DNA from: an uncultured Actinomycetota bacterium
GTDB taxonomy: Bacteria; Actinomycetota; Actinomycetes; Mycobacteriales; Mycobacteriaceae
DNA: 64,000 bases
Direction of reading: 5' to 3'
Assembly (NCBI GenBank): GCA_963724165.1
Contig: CAVRTL010000006.1
Location: 200,466-264,465, forward strand
A program made the position numbers and the translations under genes. The notes below the pieces were generated by a model. The model was not told the DNA's origin, made no database searches, and was given only the letters and a program-made list of their open reading frames with translations. Each line of letters starts with the position of its first letter. Within the stretch, counting starts at the first letter, position 1. Below are positions 57,020 through 64,000 of the stretch, in pieces.

Positions 57020-57676
57020 GTGACGGCGTCCGACCCGCATAGCCAGACCGGCGATCCGGACACCCCAAATCGTCGCAGCCGGTTGAAATCCGACCGGCGC
57101 ATGCAGCTCTTGGCCGCTGCCGAGCGGCTGTTCGCCGAACGCGGCTTCCTGGCGGTACGGCTGGAAGACATCGGCGCTGCGGCCGGTGTCAGCGGTCCCG
57201 CCATCTATCGCCACTTCCCCAACAAGGAGTCGATGCTGGTCGAACTGCTGGTCGGGATCAGTGCCCGCCTGCTGGCCGGGGCCCGCGACGTGACGGCTCG
57301 CAGCGCCGCCGCGGCCGACGCACTGGACGGACTCATCGATTTCCACCTCGACTTCGCCTTCGGTGAGCCCGACCTGATCCGCATTCAGGACCGCGACCTG
57401 GCGCACCTACCTGAGGCTGCCGAAAAGCAGGTCCGCAAGGCGCAGCGCCAGTACGTCGAGGTCTGGGTCGCGGTGCTGCGCGAACTGAACCCCGAGTTGG
57501 TCGAGGCCGATGCCCGGCTGGCGGCCCATGCGGTGTTCGGTCTGCTGAATTCGACGCCGCACAGCATGAAGTCCCCCGACAATTCGCGCGCCAAGCCCGG
57601 ACGCACGTCGAGGTCGCGTGCCGTCATGCGGGCGATGACCGTCGCCGCCCTGCGGGCGGGGAATCAGTGCCCCTGA
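57020..57676 (+). CDS. bkaR: TetR repressor BkaR (Rv2506-like)
   Basis: HTH AAERLFAERGF...EDIGAAAGVSGPAIYRHFPNKE. Divergent from scoA. GGGAGG SD. Confidence 0.9.
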   Translation: MTASDPHSQTGDPDTPNRRSRLKSDRRMQLLAAAERLFAERGFLAVRLEDIGAAAGVSGPAIYRHFPNKESMLVELLVGISARLLAGARDVTARSAAAADALDGLIDFHLDFAFGEPDLIRIQDRDLAHLPEAAEKQVRKAQRQYVEVWVAVLRELNPELVEADARLAAHAVFGLLNSTPHSMKSPDNSRAKPGRTSRSRAVMRAMTVAALRAGNQCP

Positions 57677-57743
57677 GTCGGATGTCCCCCGGTGAGGCCC
57701 GCTCCCGAGTGCCGCCCGGTACCCTGCAACCCATGAGGTGGAC

Positions 57744-58541
57744 ATGAACGATCCACGTCGATCCGGGCGGTTCAGTCCCCCTCAAGCGGGGTCGGAACCC
57801 ACCGATCCGCAGGGTCGCTGGTACTCGCCGCCCGTCGATCCGGCCTACGCCGACCAGGCACCGTTCGCGCCGACGTACGGCGGCCACATCCCACCCTGGG
57901 CGCCCGGCCCCGACGAGGCCAACTCGACCGCACGCCTGCCGGCCTACTGGCAGTACGACCAGCCCCCGCCGGGCGAGGCTCCCCCCGAGGGGATGGCTTC
58001 CCCACCGCCAAAGGGTTCGAAAACGCCACGCTGGCTATTGGTGGCCGGGGGCGTCGCGGTGCTGCTGGTCGCGGCGCTGGTGGTCGCGCTGGTACTGGTC
58101 AACGGCACGATCCAGACCCAGACCGCCGTGCCGCCGATGCCCGAGCCGAGCACGTGGGTCCCGACGCCCACCACGGCACCGCCGACGCGCACGTCACGGT
58201 CGCCCATTCCGGTGCCGCTGCCGCCGACCCCCGGCCCCGAGACGCCGAGTGAGACGACGACCGGCCCCCCGGCCGCGATGCAAGACGTCGTCTACGACGT
58301 CACCGGCGAAGGCCGCGCGCTCAGCATCATGTACGTCGCCACCGGCGGCCTCATCCAGACCGAGTTCAACGTCGCCCTGCCGTGGAGCAAACAGGTCAGC
58401 CTGGCGAAGTCGGCGACTCGCCCGGCGAACGTCACGATCGTGAACTTCGGCCACGACGTCGCCTGCACCGTCACCGTCGCCGGCGTGCAGGTCAGCCACC
58501 GCGTCGGGATGGGCCTGACGATCTGCGACTCCCGGGGCTGA
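57744..58541 (+). CDS. Proline-rich membrane protein with MmpS-like C-terminus (Rv2507-like)
   Basis: Pro-rich N-terminus, one TM helix, YDVTG...LPW...C.V.V.G...C. Confidence 0.85.
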   Translation: MNDPRRSGRFSPPQAGSEPTDPQGRWYSPPVDPAYADQAPFAPTYGGHIPPWAPGPDEANSTARLPAYWQYDQPPPGEAPPEGMASPPPKGSKTPRWLLVAGGVAVLLVAALVVALVLVNGTIQTQTAVPPMPEPSTWVPTPTTAPPTRTSRSPIPVPLPPTPGPETPSETTTGPPAAMQDVVYDVTGEGRALSIMYVATGGLIQTEFNVALPWSKQVSLAKSATRPANVTIVNFGHDVACTVTVAGVQVSHRVGMGLTICDSRG

Positions 58542-58547
58542 CCGCCG

Positions 58548-59873
58548 CTACGGCTGTTCGGCGAGCACTGCGCCGCGCTGCGGAGCACGCACCACCAGCA
58601 TTCCCAGCAGCCCGGCCATCAGCACCAACGCGATACCGCCGAGGCCGGCGCGGACGGCACCGAAGGCGTCGACGAACACCGAGAACAACCAGGGCGCCAC
58701 GAACGACACCGCCCGCCCGGTCATCGTGTAGAGGCCGAACGCAACGCCTTCCCCGCCGTGCTTCGCCAGGTGCAGCAGCAGGGCGCGCGATGAGGACAGC
58801 GACGGACCGACGAACAGGGCCAACAGCAATCCCGACACCCAGAAGGCGTGCGGACCAGACAACGCCAGCAGCGCGATCTCCACGCCGATGATCGCGATCA
58901 GCGACCCCATGATCACGGTCTTGGATCCGATGCGGTGGTCGACGAACCCGCCGACCACCGCTCCCACCGCGGCCACCACACTCGCCGCCACGCCGAACAC
59001 CAACACATCGCCCTGGGAGAGGCCGTACACGTTGACCCCGAGCACGGCACCGAAACCGAAGATGGCCGCCAGCCCGTCGCGGAACAGCGCGCTGGCGCCC
59101 AGGAAGTACACCAGGTTGCGGTTGCGGCGCCATTCGGCACTCACCTCCGCCCACAGCTTGCGGTAACCGCCCAGCATGGTCGTCGGATGCGACGTCTCGC
59201 CGGAGTCCGGCAGCCGCTGGGCGACGAACAGCAGCGGTAGCGCCAGCACCGCGAACCACGCCGCAGTAAGCAGCATCGCCGCCCGGACGTAGAGCCCGTC
59301 ATGGACGGGCATCCGCAGCAGCCCGCGCACCGGGCCGGTGCCGGAGATGAAACCGACGTAGACCAGGAGCAGCAGCATGACGCTGCCGGCAAACCCCGAG
59401 GCCGCACCCAGGCCGGAGATGCGCCCCACCGTCTGCGGCGTCGAGATCTGACGGAGCATGGCGTTGTACGGAACGCCGGCCAGATCGCCGCACGCGGCCG
59501 TGGCCGACAGCAGCACCAACCCCGCCCAGAGATAGCTCGGGTCGTCGCGGATCAGGAACATCGCGCTGGTCGACGTCACCGCCAGACCGCTCAAGACGGT
59601 CAGCGCCACCCGCCGGCGGTGTGGCGCTTCCACCCAGACCCCGACGAGCGGCGCCAACACCGCGATGGTCAACCCCGAGACGGCCAGCGCGCGACCCAGC
59701 CAACTCGCCGGCGACGTTCCCGACATGCCCGCCCCCACGCTGCCGGTCAGATAGACCGAGAAGACAAAGGTCGCGACGACGGCGTTCATACCCAGGGAGC
59801 CGCAGTCCCACAGCGCCCACGCCACCACCCGAGACCGCAGGGGCCTGACCGCCGGCGAACGTCGCTGACTCAT
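58548..59873 (-). CDS. MFS transporter, UMF1/Atg22-like (Rv2508c)
   Basis: AWALWDCG...FVFSVY, YNAML, GRISG and FGLYTMTGR. Multi-TM. Confidence 0.87.
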   Translation of the reverse strand: MSQRRSPAVRPLRSRVVAWALWDCGSLGMNAVVATFVFSVYLTGSVGAGMSGTSPASWLGRALAVSGLTIAVLAPLVGVWVEAPHRRRVALTVLSGLAVTSTSAMFLIRDDPSYLWAGLVLLSATAACGDLAGVPYNAMLRQISTPQTVGRISGLGAASGFAGSVMLLLLVYVGFISGTGPVRGLLRMPVHDGLYVRAAMLLTAAWFAVLALPLLFVAQRLPDSGETSHPTTMLGGYRKLWAEVSAEWRRNRNLVYFLGASALFRDGLAAIFGFGAVLGVNVYGLSQGDVLVFGVAASVVAAVGAVVGGFVDHRIGSKTVIMGSLIAIIGVEIALLALSGPHAFWVSGLLLALFVGPSLSSSRALLLHLAKHGGEGVAFGLYTMTGRAVSFVAPWLFSVFVDAFGAVRAGLGGIALVLMAGLLGMLVVRAPQRGAVLAEQP

Positions 59874-59949
59874 GTCGGCACTCTATTTGTTCGGCGGGAC
59901 GTGTTCGGGGGGCGCCCCGCCGCGCCAGCCGCCTGTCTACGATTGGCGC

Positions 59950-60756
59950 ATGCCGGTACCCGCTCCCAGTCCCGACGCGCGCGCCGTGGTCACCGGGGCG
60001 TCGCAGAACATCGGGACGGCGCTGGCCACCGAACTCGCCGCCCGCGGACACGGGCTGATCATCACCGCCCGGCGCGAAGAGCTGCTCAATGAGCTGGCCG
60101 CGCGTCTGGTCGACAAGTACCGCGTCGCCGTCGATGTGCGTCCCGCCGATCTGGCCGACCCGTCCGATCGGGCCAAGCTGTGCGACGAGCTCGCCGTGCG
60201 ACCGATCTCGGTCCTGTGCGCCAACGCGGGTACCGCGACGTTCGGACCGGTGGTGGGCCTCGACCCGGCGGGTGAAAAAGCTCAGGTGCAGCTGAATGTT
60301 CTTGGGGTGCACGATCTCACGCTGGCGGTACTGCCCGGCATGGTCGAGCGCAAGGCCGGCGGCATCCTGATTTCCGGTTCGGCGGCCGGCAATTCGCCGA
60401 TCCCCTACAACGCGACGTATGCGGCCACCAAGGCGTTCGTGAATGCCTTCAGCGAATCGCTGCGGGGTGAACTGCGCGGCTCCGGCGTGCACGTCACGCT
60501 GCTGGCACCGGGTCCGGTGCGCACCGAGCTGCCAGACGAGGCCGAAGCCTCGCTGGTGGAAAGACTGGTGCCCGATTTCCTGTGGATCTCCACCGAGCAC
60601 ACCGCCCAGGCCTCGCTGGATGCGTTGGAGCGCAACAAAATGCGCGTCGTTCCCGGCCTGACGTCGAAAGCGATTTCGCTGGCGAGCGGTTATGCCCCGC
60701 GCGCCATCGTCGCGCCTATCGTCGGCAGCTTCTACAAGAAGCTCGGCGGCGGATAG
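59950..60756 (+). CDS. cmrA: SDR mycolate reductase CmrA (Rv2509)
   Basis: MPVPAPSPDARAVVTGASQNIG, NAG and YAATK. TACGAT -10 6 nt before the ATG. Confidence 0.9.
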   Translation: MPVPAPSPDARAVVTGASQNIGTALATELAARGHGLIITARREELLNELAARLVDKYRVAVDVRPADLADPSDRAKLCDELAVRPISVLCANAGTATFGPVVGLDPAGEKAQVQLNVLGVHDLTLAVLPGMVERKAGGILISGSAAGNSPIPYNATYAATKAFVNAFSESLRGELRGSGVHVTLLAPGPVRTELPDEAEASLVERLVPDFLWISTEHTAQASLDALERNKMRVVPGLTSKAISLASGYAPRAIVAPIVGSFYKKLGGG

Positions 60757-60759
60757 CCG

Positions 60760-62310
60760 TCACTTCCGGCGGCGACTGCGGCCGGTGCCGAAGATGTTGC
60801 GGACGATCTCGCGTACGCCGGTGTTGACGGCGCTCTTCACGGTCGGATTGTTCAGCACTTCTTCCCACATCGCGGGGCCTTTCGGCTCAAAGGGAGCGGG
60901 CATCGGCGGAACCGGGCCGTCTGACAGGACCGGCGGGTCGTCGGACTGGGCTCGCGGCGGCTTCGGCCCGGGCTCGGGCTGCGCCGTTTGTTGCATCGTT
61001 CGGCCGTACTTCTCCTGCAACGAACTGTGTTTCGCCGCATCGGCGATCGCCTCGATCCCGATCGAAGCCATCAGTGACCGGGGCGCCCGCATCCGCGTCC
61101 ACGCGACCGGGGTGGGCGCACCCTTCTCCGAGAGCACGGTGACGATGGCCTCGCCGATCCCCAGCGACGTCAGCGCCGACTCCAGGTCGTAGACATCGGT
61201 TTTCGGATACGTGCGGACGGTCCTGCTGAGCGCCTGCTGGTCGTCGGGCGTGAACGCGCGCAGCGCGTGCTGAATTCGCGCGCCCAACTGGGAGAGCACA
61301 TCATTGGGCAGGTCCGTCGGCAGCTGGGTGCAGAAGAACACCCCGACGCCCTTGGAGCGGATCAGCTTGACCGTCTGCTCCACCTGCTCGAGGAACGCCT
61401 TGGAGGCGTCGGCGAAAAGCAGGTGCGCCTCGTCGAAGAAGAAGACGAGTTTGGGCCTGTCCACGTCGCCGACCTCGGGCAGCACGGTGAACAGGTCCGC
61501 CAGCACCCACATCAAGAACGTGGAGAAGATGACCGGGCGCAACGACTGCCCGCCGAACTCCAGCAGCGAGATGACGCCCTGACCGTCCTGGACGCGCAGC
61601 AGATCCTGCGGGTCGAGCTTCGGGTCGCCGAAGAACGTGTCGCCGCCCTCGCCGGCCAGGTTCACCAGCGCGCGCAGGATGACACCCGCCGTCGTCGACG
61701 ACACCCCGCCCAGATCCTTCAGGGCGGCCTTGCCCTCGTCACCGCTCAGATGGCTGATCACGGCGCGCAGGTCGCCCAAAGTGACCAGCGGGCGGTTGTT
61801 CTGGTTGGCCCAATGGAAGATGAGCCCCAGCGTCGACTCCTGGGTCGCGTTGAGCCCCAGCACTTTCGAAAGCAGGACCGGACCGAAGCTGTCGACGGTC
61901 GCGCGCACCGGCACGCCGAGACCCCCGGTGCCCAGCGAAAGGAACTCCACCGGGAACCCCGTCGGCGCCCAGGTGTCGCCGGTGTCCGTGGCCCGCGCGG
62001 CGGTCTTCTCGTTGTCCTCCCCCGGTTGGGACAGACCCGACAGGTCGCCCTTCACGTCGGCCATCAGCACGGACACACCCGCGGCGCTGAGCTGCTCGGC
62101 AATCAGCTGCAGGGTCTTGGTCTTGCCGGTGCCGGTCGCGCCGGCCACCAGCCCGTGCCTGTTGATGGTGGCCAACGGGATGCGGATCTGCGCGGACGGA
62201 TCGACGACGCCGTCGACGACGACCGTGCCCAGTTCGAGCGCTTGACCTTTGACGGCGTAGCCGTCGGCGATTCGCCGCGTGGGCGTCGTTTCGGCCGATT
62301 CGGTGCTCAT
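60760..62310 (-). CDS. DUF853 / HerA-like ATPase (Rv2510c)
   Basis: NRHGLVAGATGTGKTKT, DVKGD, FFDEAH, IRSKGVG and R.QHALRAFTP. Confidence 0.9.
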   Translation of the reverse strand: MSTESAETTPTRRIADGYAVKGQALELGTVVVDGVVDPSAQIRIPLATINRHGLVAGATGTGKTKTLQLIAEQLSAAGVSVLMADVKGDLSGLSQPGEDNEKTAARATDTGDTWAPTGFPVEFLSLGTGGLGVPVRATVDSFGPVLLSKVLGLNATQESTLGLIFHWANQNNRPLVTLGDLRAVISHLSGDEGKAALKDLGGVSSTTAGVILRALVNLAGEGGDTFFGDPKLDPQDLLRVQDGQGVISLLEFGGQSLRPVIFSTFLMWVLADLFTVLPEVGDVDRPKLVFFFDEAHLLFADASKAFLEQVEQTVKLIRSKGVGVFFCTQLPTDLPNDVLSQLGARIQHALRAFTPDDQQALSRTVRTYPKTDVYDLESALTSLGIGEAIVTVLSEKGAPTPVAWTRMRAPRSLMASIGIEAIADAAKHSSLQEKYGRTMQQTAQPEPGPKPPRAQSDDPPVLSDGPVPPMPAPFEPKGPAMWEEVLNNPTVKSAVNTGVREIVRNIFGTGRSRRRK

Positions 62311-62409
62311 GGCGCTGCGCCCCTCTCCCCGAGTGGTCAGGCAAAGCCTCACACTACTTGCCCGGGCGGCGACGGGCGCAGTCCTCGCGTGGGCCTAGGG
62401 TGAGACGCT

Positions 62410-63057
62410 GTGGTTGACGAATTGGTGTGGATCGACTGCGAGATGACGGGCCTGGACCTGGGCTCGGACAAGTTGATCGAAATCGCGGCGCTGGTCACAG
62501 ACGCCGACCTGAACATCCTCGGCGACGGTGTCGACGTGGTGATCCACGCCGACGACGCCGCCCTGTCGTCGATGATCGACGTGGTCGCCGACATGCATTC
62601 GCGGTCGGGGCTGACCGACGAGGTCAAGGCGTCCACCGTCGACCTGGCGACCGCCGAGGCCATGGTGATGGATTACATCGGCAGCCAAGTCAAGCAACCC
62701 AAAACCGCGCCGCTGGCGGGCAACTCCATCGCCACCGATCGGTCGTTCATCGCCCGCGACATGCCCGTGCTGGACGCGTTCCTGCACTACCGGATGATCG
62801 ACGTCAGTTCCATCAAGGAGCTCTGCCGGCGCTGGTACCCGCGCATCTACTTCGGCCAGCCGGCCAAGGGCCTGGCCCACCGGGCGCTGGCCGACATCCA
62901 CGAATCCATCCGCGAACTGCAGTACTACCGCCGGACCGCATTTGTTGCCCCGCCGGGGCCCTCTACCAGCGAAATCGAGACGGTGGCCGCGCATCTCATG
63001 GGCAACCACGATGCACCCGAACCCAGCGATTCGGCCCCCGAGCCGCCGAGCCGCTAG
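62410..63057 (+). CDS. orn: Oligoribonuclease
   Basis: [10 protein letters not shown] (DEDDh), GNSI..DR.F, HYR.IDVSS and HRALADI.ESI.EL. Confidence 0.97.
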   Translation: MVDELVWIDCEMTGLDLGSDKLIEIAALVTDADLNILGDGVDVVIHADDAALSSMIDVVADMHSRSGLTDEVKASTVDLATAEAMVMDYIGSQVKQPKTAPLAGNSIATDRSFIARDMPVLDAFLHYRMIDVSSIKELCRRWYPRIYFGQPAKGLAHRALADIHESIRELQYYRRTAFVAPPGPSTSEIETVAAHLMGNHDAPEPSDSAPEPPSR

Positions 63058-63107
63058 TATCGACAGTCGCCGCTCGTTGGCCCGGATCCGGGCCGGCCCG
63101 CGGCCAC

Positions 63108-63181
63108 GGTGAGTGTAGTTCAGTTGGTAGAGCACCAGGTTGTGATCCTGGGGGTCGCGGGTTCGAGTCCCGTCACTCACC
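63108..63181 (+). tRNA. tRNA-His (GTG), with genomically encoded G-1
   Basis: G-GTGAGTG...CCAGG-TT GTG AT-CCTGG...GGTTCGAGTCC...CACTCAC-C. Confidence 0.97.
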
Positions 63182-63359
63182 CCGACGAGAAACGCCGCCG
63201 CGCCCGGACATACGCGGGTGGGGCGGTGTTGGTTGTCCGGTCTCACCCAACGAGCCAGGCAAGCGCGTTCAGAACATCCAGCCCTGCGCTTCGACGTGGC
63301 TTATGAGGTCGGGGCACGACACGGCGCAGTCATTTCAGGCTTGCTCACCATCCATCGGA

Positions 63360-63518
63360 CTAAGCCTGGACTTCGAGCACACCAACGCGCCACAGCGCCG
63401 CGTACACATGGTTCAGCACAATGCCGAACAAGCGAACGGCGCCGTCCAGCAGCATGTCGTTTCCGGCGAAATGCTGCTTGTCAGCGCGGCGCGTTACTCT
63501 CTCGAGCGGCAACACCAT
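63360..63518 (-). CDS. Rv1535-family small protein (52 aa, not in ORF track)
   Basis: MVLPLERVTRRADKQHFAGNDMLLDGAVRLFGIVLNHVYAALWRVGVLEVQA*, preceded by AGAGGAGA SD. The C-terminus mirrors the recalled Rv1535 end (DPLVDGAARLLSIPLRHLYAALWRVGLLEVQA). Confidence 0.85.
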   Translation of the reverse strand: MVLPLERVTRRADKQHFAGNDMLLDGAVRLFGIVLNHVYAALWRVGVLEVQA

Positions 63519-63528
63519 TCTCCTCTAA

Positions 63529-63547
63529 TTAGGCGAGCCTAAGTTAA
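63529..63547. promoter_or_regulatory. IdeR/DtxR-like iron box
   Basis: TTAGGCGAGCCTAAGTTAA matches TTAGGTTAGGCTAACCTAA at 14 of 19 positions. It overlaps a minus-strand TAACTT/TAAGTT -10. Confidence 0.68.
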
Positions 63548-63651
63548 CTTACCCGGCGGAGTGCCGCAAGGGTTCCGACGAAAATTCAGCAGGAACCGTC
63601 GTGACTAGCCCGCAACAGCGGACGAAGATGCCTTTGACCTGCGGCCGTCTG

Positions 63652-63700
63652 TTGACACGGCGGCCGGGGCCTCCTAGTTTGTGACTGACCGTTCAGTCAC
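63652..63700 (+). promoter_or_regulatory. SigA promoter with a perfect palindromic operator at the TSS
   Basis: TTGACA (63652-57), 17 nt, TAGTTT (63675-80), then GTGACTGA-ccgt-TCAGTCAC (63681-63700). Confidence 0.75.
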
Positions 63701-63775
63701 CGGCCGGATGTGCCTACGCGCGCCCCGCCAGTTGTCGCTACACAAGCTTTTGAGCAAACCCTCGAGGAGGTCGGT

Positions 63776-64000
63776 GTGATCGAGAAGATGGCACGCAGCC
63801 ACGACAGTGTTCTCGGCTTCCGGGTCAGCGGAGACGTCACCCGTCAGGATTATGAAATTCTTGAACCCCCAGTTCAGGAAACCATCAAGGCGTCAGGATC
63901 GGTACGGCTGCTACTGGACATGACCGACTTTCGGTGGGAGAAGGTCGAGGCCTGGGGGGCGGACTTCCGCTTCGGCAGGGAATATCACAACTCGATCGAA
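63776..64000 (+). CDS. SpoIIAA-like (STAS/SEC14) protein, partial at window end
   Basis: MIEKMARSHDSVLGFRVSGDVTRQDYE...VRLLLDMTDFRWEKVEAWGADFRFGREY after a GAGGAGG SD. Not in the ORF track. Confidence 0.8.
   Translation, partial: MIEKMARSHDSVLGFRVSGDVTRQDYEILEPPVQETIKASGSVRLLLDMTDFRWEKVEAWGADFRFGREYHNSIE

Noticed and set aside
60760-62310. HerA-like ATPase as an anti-phage system (e.g. Sir2-HerA or NurA-HerA)
   Set aside because: Core DUF853 gene at its conserved position beside cmrA and orn, with no effector partner.
62427-63542. 371-aa ORF spanning orn and tRNA-His
   Set aside because: Out-of-frame overlap with orn that runs through a tRNA; low-complexity R/P/G composition.
63519-63780. 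M-box riboswitch upstream of the Rv1535-like ORF
   Set aside because: No recognisable ykoK core, and the candidate -10 lies too close to the start for a long leader.

Overview
GC-rich window from a mycobacterial chromosome. It is collinear with the M. tuberculosis Rv2448c-Rv2511 interval (valS to orn/tRNA-His) but lacks that interval's IS6110, PE_PGRS and vapBC content, so it is most likely a slow-growing non-tuberculous Mycobacterium (inference from gene order and recalled protein similarity; no database search was run). Core content: valS, rpfE, mobA, korAB, clpX/clpP1P2/tig, four tRNAs, lipP, nei1, rpiB, mrx2, pepN, ctaJ/ctaI, glbO, aglA, gdh, ettA, ssbB, plsB2/plsC/WS-DGAT/lipQ, echA14, the BkaR-controlled leucine/itaconate operon, cmrA and orn. 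Most notable departures from the core: (1) a 52-aa Rv1535-family ORF missed by the ORF track, with an IdeR-like box over its promoter, just after tRNA-His; (2) gdh broken by two single-base insertions; (3) the BkaR operon lacks fadD35 and bkdABC, and a DUF222/HNH element with a PafBC-type promoter abuts citE; (4) MIRU repeats forming translational-relay mini-ORFs at korA-korB, scoA-scoB and mrx2-rpiB; (5) a highly structured rpfE leader; (6) an accessory patch after tRNA-Arg with a secreted Cys-rich protein, a GH6 cellulase and a decayed P450-TetR-SDR cluster. Most long opposite-strand ORFs in the track are GC-rich shadows.
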